A DNA stretch of 64,000 bases from Leucoraja ocellata (lineage: Eukaryota). The first letter of the stretch is position 1. The number at the start of each line of letters is the position of its first letter. Location of the stretch: contig JAWMAR010000043.1 in assembly GCA_036785375.1 (NCBI GenBank), positions 6,634,001-6,698,000 on the forward strand, read 5' to 3'. The translations under genes were made by a program, and so were the position numbers. The notes beneath the pieces were generated by a model, which saw nothing but the letters and a program-made list of their open reading frames with translations, made no database searches and was not told the DNA's origin. Positions 37,741 to 49,826 of the stretch are shown piece by piece.

Positions 37741-38109
37741 ACGTCCTTCAATCTAATGTGAATGATGAACTGCAGAAAATCTAGGTACTCAGATCTTACT
37801 TACTCCATCAAAACTCACACTTGGGCCTTTGAATACATCCTGCATGGTCAGAGGGATGCTGGGATATGAGGGTGACAAAGAAGGCCTCCTGGACCTGATA
37901 ACCACACCGTCGCTCAGAGAGCAGAGGCTGGCTTGAGGTGAGGTCCAGACACAATGAGACAACAGGCATAAGTGGGCAGCAACTAGGGAAATGCATCCCA
38001 GGTGCCTGCTTCACAAATGGCGCACAGGAGTTCTGCTGTAGTGCTTGGAAGAGCATATAGACAGAACAACTCCAAGGCATTTAAAAATGTTTGTGGTATT
38101 GTCCAGCCT

Positions 38110-38260
38110 GGTTGAAATAAGATGGGAAATGTCAAAGAGCAAGGTCCACATCCAACCTTACAGAGGGACAGGACTGCATATGGAGGCTTGAGACAGTCTT
38201 TTCTGGCCTGGATGTAGTTGCCAGCACCTTTTCAACACCTGTCAACCCAACCATCCTGCA
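38110..38260 (+). pseudogene. Highly degraded Gypsy integrase zinc-binding remnant
   Basis: GAGACAGTCTTTTCTGGCCTGGATG resembles the R-x-x-x-FWPGM motif; frameshifted. Confidence 0.35.
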
Positions 38261-40274
38261 ATGTTAAATGGCCGACCTGAAGCACAAAAAAAAAATGCAA
38301 ATGCCATCTGAGTGAAGTGGGAGCTCAGACACCGACGATGTATTTCCAAGTCAGAATGGTGCACAACTTTGAGGTGAACCTGCCGGTGGCGGTTGAGCTC
38401 CCAAGCGCATACTGTCCTTGTTCCTGATGGTCATGTTTGTTGACCCACTGGATTTGTAACGTGTCAACCACCAAACCCCAAATCCTTCTCCCTTCTCCTC
38501 ACATCATCCTCTACCCGCACATTCCACCACGCACCTACACACTCATGGGTTTGGGAGGTGTTGTTAGGATAGCAAGGACACCTGACTGCAGTGCCTTTTG
38601 TAGGCTGCCCACATTGCAGCCACAGGGTGCTAGTGGAGTGAATCGTCGATGGATGGACTGCCAATCAATCTGGCGGCTTTGTTTCTGAGTTGTGTCAAGG
38701 ATCTTAATCATTGTCAGCGCTGCACTCGGGTAAGCAAGTGGAGAGCGTTCCTTCACTCCCGTGGTTTGTGCATCGTAGATTCCTTTCCCCAAGGTTGTTT
38801 TCATTTTCAGTCATTTCTACTCTTCTGAAAACCGAGGCAGGAAATCTACTTACCTTTCCAACCAAGAAATATTGAAATTCAGTACACAGGGTCTGGTGGC
38901 TCAGAGAAGCCTCCATTAATGGGACCTAGAGACTGGAATTATTGGACTGTGAAGAAAACATCTGAACAAATAGGCCGCAAAGACTCTCAAAAGTACAGCA
39001 GTATGTTGGGTGACCATCTGTTTAGCTTTTACTCTGAGATCAAGCAAAACATAAATTACTTATAATGATAACGTTAGCCGCAAAAGCATGAGTGTAATGA
39101 AAGAAAGGAGCATGTAATGGCCATTCTAAAATATAGCACTGAATAAAAGCCGTAGATACCCCCGGAAGGCTGTGAGGATGCAGAAGAATAGCCAATTAAT
39201 ATGGTGAAATGTTATTCTTTGAACTAATGTCCTAAACAAAGATTTTAAAGAATCCACCAAGGGGCACAGTGGCGCAGCGGTAGAGTTGCTGCCTTACATT
39301 GCTTGCAGCACCAGAGACCCCTGGGTTTGATCCCAACTATGGGTGCTGTCTGTATGGAGTTTGTACGTTCTCCCCCTGACTGCGTGGGTTTACTCCGAGA
39401 TCTTCAGTTGCCTCCCACACTCCAAAGGCGTACAGATTTGTAGGTTAATTGACTTGGTATAAATGTAAAATTGTCCCTAGAGTGTGCAGGATGGTGTTAA
39501 TTGCAGGTGTAAATCCTGGCTAAAACAGAGCAGTAATAGCACCAACATTTAGTAAAGGACTCATGTATTGTTAAGCCATTTTGATCAAGTCTGATGTACT
39601 CTGCAGAAATAAGACAAGCTGCTGAATGGTGCCAGTAAGTCTAGGGCCCAGATCAGTGACACAGATTCAATTGACAGAATGAATGTGATTTCTGCAGAGG
39701 ACCTCCAAGGAAGTGTAAAAATGCATGAAGTTGATTGGATTACTGCAACAGCACTGTAAATATTGTAACTATTGTTGCAAGACAGTTACCCTGCTGTTTG
39801 TTGATTGGTTAAATGTGTTAAGTCCTGGCAGGTCTGTTTGAATTCCAGGGTAAATGTTGCATTATTCATGTTAAGTTAGCTTCTTCCAGAAGCATCTCCT
39901 GAAACAATGTATGGGGGATTTTGTTATTGGTTTGGGGAACTGTCAATAATGTACTGATGTAATTAATATATTTGATTGGATTGTAAGGTGACCACCCCTA
40001 TGTAGTTCGGCCCCTGAAGGTTCGGGGACCTATAAAAGGGAGCCCCCACGAGGTCCTTTGTCGATCTTCTGGAAGAGCGCTTGGGTCTGCGTGACCTTTG
40101 CAGTGTTTCTGCTTGCACGAGGCTGAAGGGCTTGGCCAGACAGATACAAGGATCGAGCCAGTGGTGGTTTAGGTATCGTATAGGGGAATTTGTTGTGCAT
40201 TCCAAAAATAAAGTTTAGTTGTTGCAGCGCTTGACTCAGTGGTTTTTGACTGAACTAGACTGGGGGGTAAGCTT

Positions 40275-40421
40275 CTTCTTCTTCTTCTTGCGTATGGTGT
40301 GCACAGCCTAAAGTTGAAGGACAACTTGTTCTATTTGATCTTATTTGATTGTGCACGCCGGGTTGATTGCATTCGTCGAAACAGGGCGGACCACTTGAAG
40401 GTTGCAATCTTCCACCCCAAA
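40275..40421 (-). mobile_element. Short ribozyme-headed retroposon with (GAA)n tail, copy 2
   Basis: 12-bp TSD GGGGGTAAGCTT at 40263-40274 and 40422-40433; tail CCATACGC(AAG)n. Confidence 0.88.
40365..40418 (-). ncRNA. Minimal HDV-like (CPEB3-like) ribozyme, copy 2
   Basis: GGGGUGG-AA-GAUUGCA-ACC-UUCAAGU-GGU-CCGCCCU-GU-UUCGA-CGAA-UGCAAUC; perfect 7-bp P2. Confidence 0.78.
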
Positions 40422-40522
40422 GGGGGTAAGCTTGAGAAGAGCTTATTTACACACAGATCGCTGATCGATTTGGAATTGTGCTGTCTCTCTAAACTAAAAC
40501 TAAACTAAACTTAAAAGTAATC

Positions 40523-40743
40523 TATGTAGGGAAGGGACTGCAGATGCTGGTTTAAACCAAAGATAGACACAAAATGCTGAGTATCTCAGCGGGACAGGCA
40601 GCAACTCTGGAGAGAAGGAATGGGTGACGTTTCGGGTCAAGACCTTTCTTCAGTCTGAAGAAGGGTCTCGACCAGAAACGTCACCCATTCCTTCTCTCCA
40701 GAGAAGCTGCCTGACCCATTCAATTACTCCAGCATTTTGTGTC
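40523..40743. mobile_element. Fold-back Penelope terminal element with hammerhead motifs on both strands
   Basis: Palindrome centred on CTTCAG-T-CTGAAG at 40654, with ~90-bp arms. Confidence 0.85.
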
Positions 40744-41619
40744 AAAAAATAATCTACATATATATCGGGTATAAAGAATAATGTATCTCTATTTTATATG
40801 GGGACGTAATTAAAAGGCAAAATAATGCAGATAATGCAAATCTGAAATAAAAAGAGGAAACATTGGAAATATTTTTTGGGTTAAGGAGCAGCTGTAGAGG
40901 GAGGAGCAGAGTGATTGTTTCTGGTTGATCTCATCACTGGTGATGTAATCTTTGCTGACGTCAATCCAAACTTTTCCTATGTGGTGACAGCTCTGACATT
41001 TGCTTAAAGGTAGATGGGAATAATCAGTACAAAGTTCATTATTTCATCAGAAATGGAGTGGGAAGAGGGAAGACAATCTGCTACGGCCCCACTGTGACAA
41101 TGAAAGCACCATTGAACCATTGAGGATCATGGGATGGGAGAGACACTAAGTGCCCCAACAGCCCGATAAATCAAGGGGCCACATCGTGGAATTAGAATAT
41201 CCCCCAACATTCCTGGGGGAATTTGGAAATAATCCTCATGCCTCCAAAGAACAGAAAAGTCTTTCGACAGCTTGAGTTATAGCAATAAGTACTTCTGTCC
41301 TTGGCAGCATCCTGAGATTTCCTGGAAACTCGGCACAGGCAGATGTTGAGACACAGCAGCTGTAATCTGGTCACCTCACCCATACACAGTGACCCCATCC
41401 AGACGTCACAACCTCCGGAGAGATCTGCAGCAGGGATGACAGTGATCTTACCCCGATGCACCAGGGTGAACACATTTTCACCCACGGAGCCTCTAACTCC
41501 ATGGCAATCAGAGTTTTTGTCCAATGTATTTAACACTGTGATTATTCATTTTAATTCCAGCTGCACATCTTGTTATAAAAAAACAAATGACTCCATCTGC
41601 TTGAAGTATGAGTGGGTTA

Positions 41620-42050
41620 ACATATGATGAGTGTTTGACGGCACTGGGCTTGTTCTCGCAGGTGTTTAGAAGGATGAGGTGGCTCCTCATTGAAACTCAC
41701 CGAATAGTGAAAGGCCTGGATAGAGTGGATCTGGCGAGGATGTTTCCACTTGTGGGAGAGTGTAGAACCAGAGAATAAAAGGACGTACCTTTAGAAAGGA
41801 GAGGAAGATACATTTCTATAGTCAGAGGGTGGTGAATCTGTGGAATTCTTTGCCACAGATGGGTGTGGAGGCCAAGTCAATGGATATTTTTAAGGCGGAG
41901 ATTGATAGGTTCTTGATTAGTGGGGTTATGGGAAGAAGGCAGGAGAATTGGGTTGAGTTGGGTTGAGAGGGAAAGATAGATCAGCCATGGTTGAATGTTA
42001 ATGTAGACGTGATAGGGCCGAATGGCATAATTCTGCTCCGATGAACATGA
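41620..42050 (+). mobile_element. CR1 LINE 3' fragment
   Basis: TTTAGAAGGATGAGG...CAGAGGGTGGTGAATCTGTGGAATTC...GGGCCGAATGGC. Confidence 0.82.
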
Positions 42051-42354
42051 ACCAAAAGCTGAAAATACAGGATGCCATCAATGGATCGAACAGCATTGGA
42101 ATAAACGTGCAGAGCTCACTGAGGGGAGGCAGAAGAGTGGACAACTAATATGGTGAAAACATCCACAGTTCTGATGAAGGGTCATTAACTCTTTGCCATT
42201 CTCACAGATAGTGCTTGACTGGCTTAGTATCTCCATCGTTTCCTGGGTTCATTTCAACGTTCCACCACCTGCACTTGTTTTGTTTTAACTTTCAAAGTGA
42301 TGGTGATGCAGTGCCAAAGTGTGTAGCTCTCTCTCTCTATCTCTCTCTATCCTT

Positions 42355-42835
42355 TTAATTTAGTTTAGTTTAGATATACAGCATGGAATCAGGCCCTTCA
42401 GCCCACCGAGAACAACGTTCCCCACACACTTACACTATCCTGCACACACTAGGGACAATGTACAATTATAGCAGCCCAATTAACCTACAAACCTGTACAT
42501 CTTTGGAGTGTAGGAGGAAAATGGAGCGCCCGGAGAAAACACACGGCAGTCATGGGGAAAACGTACAAACTATGTACAGACAGCACCTGTAGTCAGGATC
42601 GAACCTGAGTCTATGGCACTGTAAGTGTAAAGAGGAGTAATGAACACATAACCATTGCTGCCCTAGCTGTACGTGGTCTGTCACCGGAGCTAGAGAGAGA
42701 TCAATGGGTGGGGAGGTTGCAATTATACTTCTGATATGGGGAGTGGTTAGTAGTGGTGAGGTCACTATATTAAAGGCACATGCACATGATCTACAGTAAG
42801 GCAGCAACTCTACCACTATGCCACCATGCCACCCT
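42355..42835 (-). mobile_element. HE1-type SINE split by a small solo LTR
   Basis: Tail and core, then the head resumes GTAAGGCAGCAACTCTACC after 42795. Confidence 0.85.
42626..42795 (-). mobile_element. 170-bp solo LTR
   Basis: TGTA...TACA termini, perfect 5-bp TSD GTAAG. Orientation inferred from a TATAA on the minus strand. Confidence 0.8.
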
Positions 42836-43164
42836 GATCCCCTCTGATTGGCAAACCTTTGGTTCTGTTTCTTTAAAGCCAATTGAGAAGTGAACTCACA
42901 TTTGTTTGGTCTTAAGTTGAATGCTACCATATTCAGGTTCTCTCTAGCTGATCAGAGATAGCACAGCACACATACATATTAGAAGCTGTAGCTATTGGGT
43001 TGGGAAGAAAGCATCATAGAACAAAACTGGTGAACAAGGAAATGGCAGAGACATTATCAAATATTTTCCATTTGTCTTCATAATAGGAGACAATAAAATT
43101 GCAATATAACACGAACTAACCAAAGGGGGAAAAGGAAAGTGAGGAACTTGAAAGGATTTCCAGC

Positions 43165-43470
43165 TGGTAGAGATGGTGCCTCACAAAGCAAGAGACCCAG
43201 GTTTGATCCTGACCTCGGGTGCTGTATGTGTGGAGTTTGCATGTGTTCTGGTTACTCCCACATACCAAAGACATTCGGTGTGTGGGTTAATTTACCTCTA
43301 TAAAAATGCCCCTTGCGTGTAGGGAGTGAATGAAAAAGTGGGATAAAATGTTCTGTTTTGAGACATATGACAATGAAACACTCTTGGCCCTTGAACCAAT
43401 GGAATGAGTGATCGATGGTTAGCATGGACTCAGTGGGCTGAAGGGCCTGTTTTTCTGCTGCATCTCTACA
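43165..43470 (+). mobile_element. HE1-like SINE
   Basis: GAGACCCAGGTTTGATCCTGACC head; GGGCTGAAGGGCCTGTTT tail. Confidence 0.75.
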
Positions 43471-44696
43471 CACAGAACCCAAAAGAAAATTTCCACCTGA
43501 TCCTTTTATCATTCCATTGTTAGTTCCCTTCAATTGATGGGCTCCAAGTTCACAAAGATGCTCCTCACCACCCCCCTCCCGTCCTCTCCTCTCCTCCTGG
43601 GAGATGCTCCTTGAAATCCATTGCTTTGTCCAAGCTTTGTGTCATCACTCTCTTCCTTGGCTTCATATTTCGATTTGATCATGCTCTTGAAATCCCCACG
43701 GGAACTTTACTGTTTTAAAGACATTACATAAAAGCCATTTTTTATTGAATGCCATTGAGTTTGAGACTTTAAGGCTGACATAAGCTGTTCAACCCGGAGC
43801 AATGCGCCCACAGGCCTCTGCAGATTCAGACCCCAAGGGAGATTATGTGGTCTGGATGCACTCACTGGGTATGGGTGAGGTGACTACCTTACAGCTGCTG
43901 CACCTCCACATCTGCCTGCACCAAGCTTCAAGGAAATCACAGGCTGCTGCCAAGGACAGAAAAAAGTACTGTCTTGCTGTAACTAAAACTGCCGAAAATC
44001 CTGCTCTTTTGACGCATAGATTAGGATTTTGGCCAAATCTCCCAGGACTGGTAGATTTGCCAATAAACGTCCATTATTAGGCCACTTGTCTTGTCTTGTT
44101 GCTGGAACAACCGATGACCCTGCTACTCCAGGCCTGAGGCATCAAAGTGAGGATACAGTAGATCGGCTGCCTACTTCCTGCTCCATTTTGTCATTACATT
44201 ATTGGAGTTGTAAACGGCTGCAGAAATCAGGTCAACTTCAGTACTAACTGTTCACCAGATCACGCAAAATAAAATTAAACAAGGCCAGGCTAGCATGTGT
44301 TTCCTTAATGTGTTTGCTACTGTACATGGACATTTTAAGGTGTCTTCTTATCCACAACCATGACAGATCTCTGGAGTCAGAGAAAACAGTGTTGACTTAT
44401 CCAGCAACTTTGCGGTGTGCCATTCCCCCTTGGCATCACCTTCCTTGTACAGCGTTGTGCTTCCTAATCATTTCCACACTTTCCCTTTGATTCTCTTCTG
44501 AAACATCGACTCAAGAAACATTCCCAAGTACACTCAACAGAAGTTTATATGTTTTGGGATCTGTCCAAATCATTGTAGTACTTCACAAATGCGCTGCAAC
44601 TTGAAGATTTAAAAAAAAAACTAACTTGCCCTGCTCCCCACTTATCATAGAGTGTTTAACAAAATGAATGTTCTAGAATTCCTTTTCCTAGAATTC

Positions 44697-44863
44697 CGAC
44701 ACGGTGGCACAGCGGCAGAGTTGCTGCCTTACAATGTCAGAGACCAGGGTTCGATCCTGACTACAGGTGCCGTCTGCACAGAGTTGGTACGTTCTCCCCA
44801 TGACCAGCGTTGGTTTTCTCCGGTTTTCTTCATTCCTGGCGCACTCCAAAGACATACAGGTTT
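44697..44863 (+). mobile_element. HE1-type SINE 5' half
   Basis: ACGGTGGCACAGCGGCAGAGTTGCTGCC, GGTTCGATCC; truncated by the adjacent CR1. Confidence 0.8.
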
Positions 44864-46648
44864 GAAGACCGAAAAAGGTGAATTTATTATGGGGAACAAG
44901 GAAATGGCAGATGAGTTGAACTTTGGATCTGTCTTCACTAAGGAGGACACAAACAATCTTCCTGATATAGTAGTGGCCAGAGGATCTGGGGTGACGGAGG
45001 AACTGAAGGAAATCCACATTAGGCAGGAAACGGTGTTGTATAGATTGATGGGACTGAAGGCTGATAAATCCCCAGGGCCCGATGGTCTGCATCCCAGGGT
45101 ACTTAAGGAAGTGGCTCTAGAAATCGTGGATGCATTGGTGATCATTTTCCAATGTTCTATGGATTCAGGATCAATTCCTGTGGATTGGAGGGTAGCTAAT
45201 GTTATCCCACTTTTCAAGAAAGGCGGGAGAAAACAGGGAATTATAGACCAGTTAGCCTGACATCGGTGGTGGGGAAGTTGCTGAAATCAATTATAAAAAA
45301 TGAAATAGCGGCACATTTGGATAGCAGTAACAGGATCGGTCCGAGTCAGCATGGATTTACGAAGGGGAAATCATGCTTGACTAATCTTTTATGAATTTTT
45401 TGAAGATGTCATTAGGAAAATGGACAAGAGAGAGCCAGTAGATGTAGTGTACCTGGACTTTCAGAAAGCATTTGATAAGGTTCCACATAGGAGATTAGTG
45501 GGCAAAATTAGGGCACATGGTATTGGGGGTAGAGTGTTGACATGGATAGAACATTGGTTGGCAGACAGTAAACAAAGAGTAGGGATTAACGGGCCCCTTT
45601 CAGAATGGCAGGCAGCGACTAGTGGGGTACTGCAAGGCTCGGTGCTGGGACCGCACCTATTTACAATATACATCAATGATTTGGATAAAGGGATTCAAAG
45701 TAACATTAGCAAGTTTGCAGATGACACAAATCTGGGTGGCAGTGTGAACTGTGAGGAGGATGCTATGAGAATGCCTGGTGACTTGGACTGGTTGGGGGAG
45801 TGGGCAGATGCATAGCAGATGAAGTGTAATGCGGATAAAAGTGAGGTTAGTCACTTTGGTAGCAAAAACAAGAAGGCAGATTACTATCTAAATGGTGTTG
45901 TTGGGAAAAGGGGAAGTACAACGGGATCTGGGGGGGGTCCTTGTACATCAGTCTATGAAAGTAAGCATGCAGGTACAGCAGGCAGTGAAGAAAGCGAATG
46001 GCATGTTGGCCTTTATAACAAGAGGAAACGAATATAGGAGCAAAGAGGTCCTTCTGCAGTTGTACCGAGCCCCAGTGAGACCACACCTGGAGTATTGTGT
46101 GCAATTTTGGTCTTCTAATTTGGGGAAGGACATTCTTGCTATTGAGGGAGCGCAGCGTAGGTTTACAAGGTTAATTCCCGGGATGGCGGGATTGTCATAT
46201 GCTGTGAGAATGGAGCAGGTGGGCTTGTACACTCTGGAGTTTAGAAGGATGAGGGATTCTCACTGAAACGTATAAGATTGTTAAGTGTTTGGACACGCTA
46301 GAGGCAGGAAACATTTTCCCGATGTTGGGGAGTCCAGAACCAGTGGCCACAGTTTAAGAATAAGGAGTAAGCCATTTAGAACGGAGACGAGGAAACACTT
46401 TATCTCACAGAGAGTGGTGAGTCTGTGGAATTCTCTGCCTCAGAGGGCAGTGGATGTAGGTTATCTGGATGTTTTCAAGAGAGAGCTAGATAGGGCTCTT
46501 AAAAATAGCTGAGTCGGGATATGGGGAGAAGGCAGGAACGGGGTACTGATTGGGGATGTTCAGCCATGATCACATTGAATGGTGGTGCTGGCTTGAAGGG
46601 ACGAATGGTCTACTCCTGCACCTATTGTCTATTGCCTATTGTCTATTG
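44864..46648 (+). mobile_element. CR1 LINE ORF2 (RT) pseudogene, 5'-truncated
   Basis: KSPGPDGLHPRVLKE, YLDFQKAFDKVPH, QGSVLGP, KFADDT, RPHLEYCVQFW; (CTATTGT)n tail; frameshifts. Confidence 0.95.
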
Positions 46649-46789
46649 AAACTCATGTGGTCACAGGCAGAACATGCAACCCTGCACAGACAGCGGACCA
46701 ATGGGTCTCTCATGTTCTCAGGACAATAGGTTTAACTATTGCATTATTTATTATTGCACATTTCGGATGAGTTTCTTTTACAAGTTCAC

Positions 46790-47012
46790 GTTCATTCTCA
46801 CAGAGGGTGGTGGGTGTGTGGAACGAGCTGCCAGAGAAGAGTGTTGAGGCAGATTCTATAACATCATTTAAAAGACATTTGGATAGGTACATGGATAGGA
46901 AAAGTTTAGCGAGATAAAGGTCAAGCACAGGCAGGTGGTACTAGTGTAAATGGGACATTTTGGATGGCATGCGCAAGTTGGGCCGAAGGGTCTGTTTCCA
47001 TTCTATATCTCC
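46790..47012 (+). mobile_element. CR1 LINE 3' fragment (HE1-sharing tail subfamily)
   Basis: CAGAGGGTGGTGGGTGTGTGGAACGAGCTGCC...GGGCCGAAGGGTCTGTTTCC. Confidence 0.8.
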
Positions 47013-47338
47013 ATGGCTGCATATCTACAAGTAAAAATTAAAGTAAAACACACCTTGATTTGTGATTCAGAAAGTATACATCTTCCAGACAACATTGCAA
47101 GTGTTAGAAATGACCCTCAGAGTATTTTAATACCTTGACAAGCAGTGCAAGGAGGGAATGCCAGCAATAAAAGAAGTTACTCTATTATTATCAAGAACTT
47201 CACTTTAAAATTAGCATTATTTATTATAACGTTATCAGGACAATTTTCTGTTATAACTTCCCTTATATCGGAATCAATCCCCACTGAGGACTGCTGGGAC
47301 CAGGCCGAAGGCCGCTGTGACCAGGTTAAAAACAGCTG

Positions 47339-48130
47339 TTTTTGATAAGGTCCCAGATAGGAGATTAATGGGCAAAATTAGACCACATGGTATTGTGGGT
47401 GGAGTGCTGACATGGATAGAAAATTGGTTGGCAGACAGGAATCAAAGAGTAGGGATTAATGGGTCCCTGTCAGAATGGCAGGCAGTGACTAGTGGGGTAC
47501 CGCAAGGGGTGGGTACTTCTGCAGTTGTACAGTGAGACCACACCTAGTGAGACCACACCTGGAGTATTGTGAGCAGTTTTGGTCTCCAAATTTGAGGAAG
47601 GACATTCTTGCTATTGAGGGAGTGCAGCATTGGTTCACGAGGTTAATTCCCAGGATGGCGAGTGTCATATGTTGAAAGAATGGAGCGATTGGGCTTGCAT
47701 ACACTGGAATTTAGAAGGATGAGAGGGTATCTTATTGAAACATAAGATTATTATGGGATTGGACAAGCTAGACGCAGGAAACATGTTCCTGATGTTGGGG
47801 GAGTCCAGAACCAAGGGCCACAGTTTAAGAATAAGGGGTAGACCACTTAAAATGGAGATGAGGAAAAACTTTTTCACCCAGAGAGTTGTGAAACTGTGGA
47901 ATTCTCTGCCTCATAAGGCAGTGGAGGCTGATTCTCTCATGCTTTAAAGAGAGAGTTAGATAGAGCTCTTAAAGATAGCGGAGTCAAGGGATATGGTGAG
48001 AAGGCAGGGACGGGGCACTGATTGTTGATGATCAGCAATGATCACAGTGAATGGCGGTCGGTGCTGGCTCGAAGGGCCGATTGGCCTACTCCTGCACCTA
48101 TTTCCTATTGTCCATTGTTTATTGTCTATT
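47339..48130 (+). mobile_element. CR1 LINE fragment with internal deletion
   Basis: FDKVP...TSGVPQG joined directly to LLQLY..RPHL; same subfamily as 44864. Confidence 0.88.
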
Positions 48131-49637
48131 TTCCGCTCTTGTGCAGGTGTGTCACAACAGAGTTTGCCACTGTGTCATGGTTAGACTAGGTGTTCGGTAA
48201 GCTGGCAATGTGCATAGCTTGTTTGTATGTTGCAAACTTTCAACTTGCACTTCAACCCAGGGGACAGTTTCAGGCTTTTTACATTTAAGTCATTAAAGTT
48301 TCCTAGTGCTGGCAGTCTGTGATTTAGACTCTGGATTGATGAGCTTTAGTGCTGCGGAGTACTCAGGTCCATCTAATTGCGAACCAACATTTTACTCCCA
48401 CATTTTATGTCTACCTTCGGTGTGAACCAGTAACTGCAGTTCCTTCCGTCACAACATTACAATTCCATTTGTGCTTTTCTCGGCATATTGGCATTGCCTC
48501 TTTGGGAATATTTTATGGTTTTCTTTGATCAGGTAGAGAGAAGAAATGGCAAAATACTACGTGCTCCTTTTCAAATACAAAATGGAGGAGCAATCACTCT
48601 GCATCATTGCTGCGTGAGTTATTGCCTTGTTCTGCATGTTTGTAAACAAACACTTTCCAGTTGAAGACATGCCCCTTTTAAATGATTTGCTCCTTTAAAA
48701 TTATTTGCTCCTTTTAAGTGCTTTGTTTGGCTCAGGATTTCTATGCACTATGAGGCTGATAGGAAGTAGTTAAGTACTTTGGAATTCCAGGAGGGCTCGG
48801 TGTGCATTCACCTGAGGGCCAATGGTATTTGTCAAGCATTCCACTTGAAACCCGACCCAGGTCCTCCCCCTGTCATTCTGGCGTTGCGTTTGGTAGCGGG
48901 GATCAATATCCGTAGTCGTGTGTTCAAATTGAGATGTTGCTGACCTTTCACTCTGGCCTGCCATTACCTGCCAATCACGGAGCCCAGAGCTGGAAGCCCA
49001 GCTCAGAGGTCAATGCTATTTGTTAAAGTGCCATCTGGGCTATACAAATACAAGGGCTTTTAAAACAGATTTCATTTCAGGAATGGTTTAGGGTGAAGTG
49101 CATTTGAAAAGTGCAATATTTCTTTCAAGGACATTTCATCCAATTTTTGGAATGCTCCTGTTACTAGCTGTTTCCAAACAGGAGAGTTTGGATTCCCATT
49201 GCACGATCTCAGTTTCCTATTAAATAATTGACATACTCAACCCCTTCTCAACTCCCCTCATCGTCAAAACTACAAGGGTTTTAATACTTTTGCCAGTGAA
49301 TATACTGGGCTCAAAGCAGAGGAAAATATATTTTTTAAACAGTCTGTTGCTATTTGATATCTGCTGTTCCCGCTTCTCTGTCTTTGAGGCCAGACTAGGC
49401 TGGGAGCTGTCACTGCCGAGGCAGTACAATAGGCTGCTTTCACTTCCAGCCTTTGAGCACTGGAAATAAAAGACCCTCCACAGTCACACAAATGAGCTTG
49501 TTCCCTCTCCTGACACCTCGCGAATGTTCTCTCACGGTGACAGGCACTCAGTGAAAGAGTCCACAGAGAGTTCAAGCCGAACGGCAACAGCATGAAGAGA
49601 AGGGGGGAGAAGAACCATCTGACCATGTTTACATTCT

Positions 49638-49826
49638 ATGTAGGAAGGAACTGCAGATGCTGGTGTACACCATAGATAGACACAAAATGCTGGCGTAACC
49701 CATCACTTGTAGAAAAGGAATGGGTGACGTTTCGGGTCTGAAGAAATGGACTCAACCCGAAACGCCACCCGCTCCTTCTCTCAAGAGATGCTGTCTGTCC
49801 CGCTGAGTTATTCCAGCATTTAGTGT
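49638..49826. mobile_element. Inverted pair of Penelope terminal fragments
   Basis: GGGTGACGTTTCGGGT faces ACCCGAAACGCCACCC; CTGAAGA on the plus strand. Confidence 0.7.

Larger units (their letters stand above)
39508..40453 (+). mobile_element. Solo LTR (Gypsy-like), about 790 bp excluding the nested insert
   Basis: TGTAAAT...ATTTACA(CA) termini, TATAAAA near 40032, AATAAA near 40207. TSD imperfect (CAGG/CAGA). Confidence 0.75.
39262..40510 (+). mobile_element. HE1-type SINE split by a solo LTR
   Basis: Head and core 39262-39507; tail resumes GATCGCTGATCG...(CTAAA)n after 40453. Confidence 0.8.

Noticed and set aside
49270-49626. ORF with a hydrophobic N-terminus
   Set aside because: No recognisable domain or splice support.
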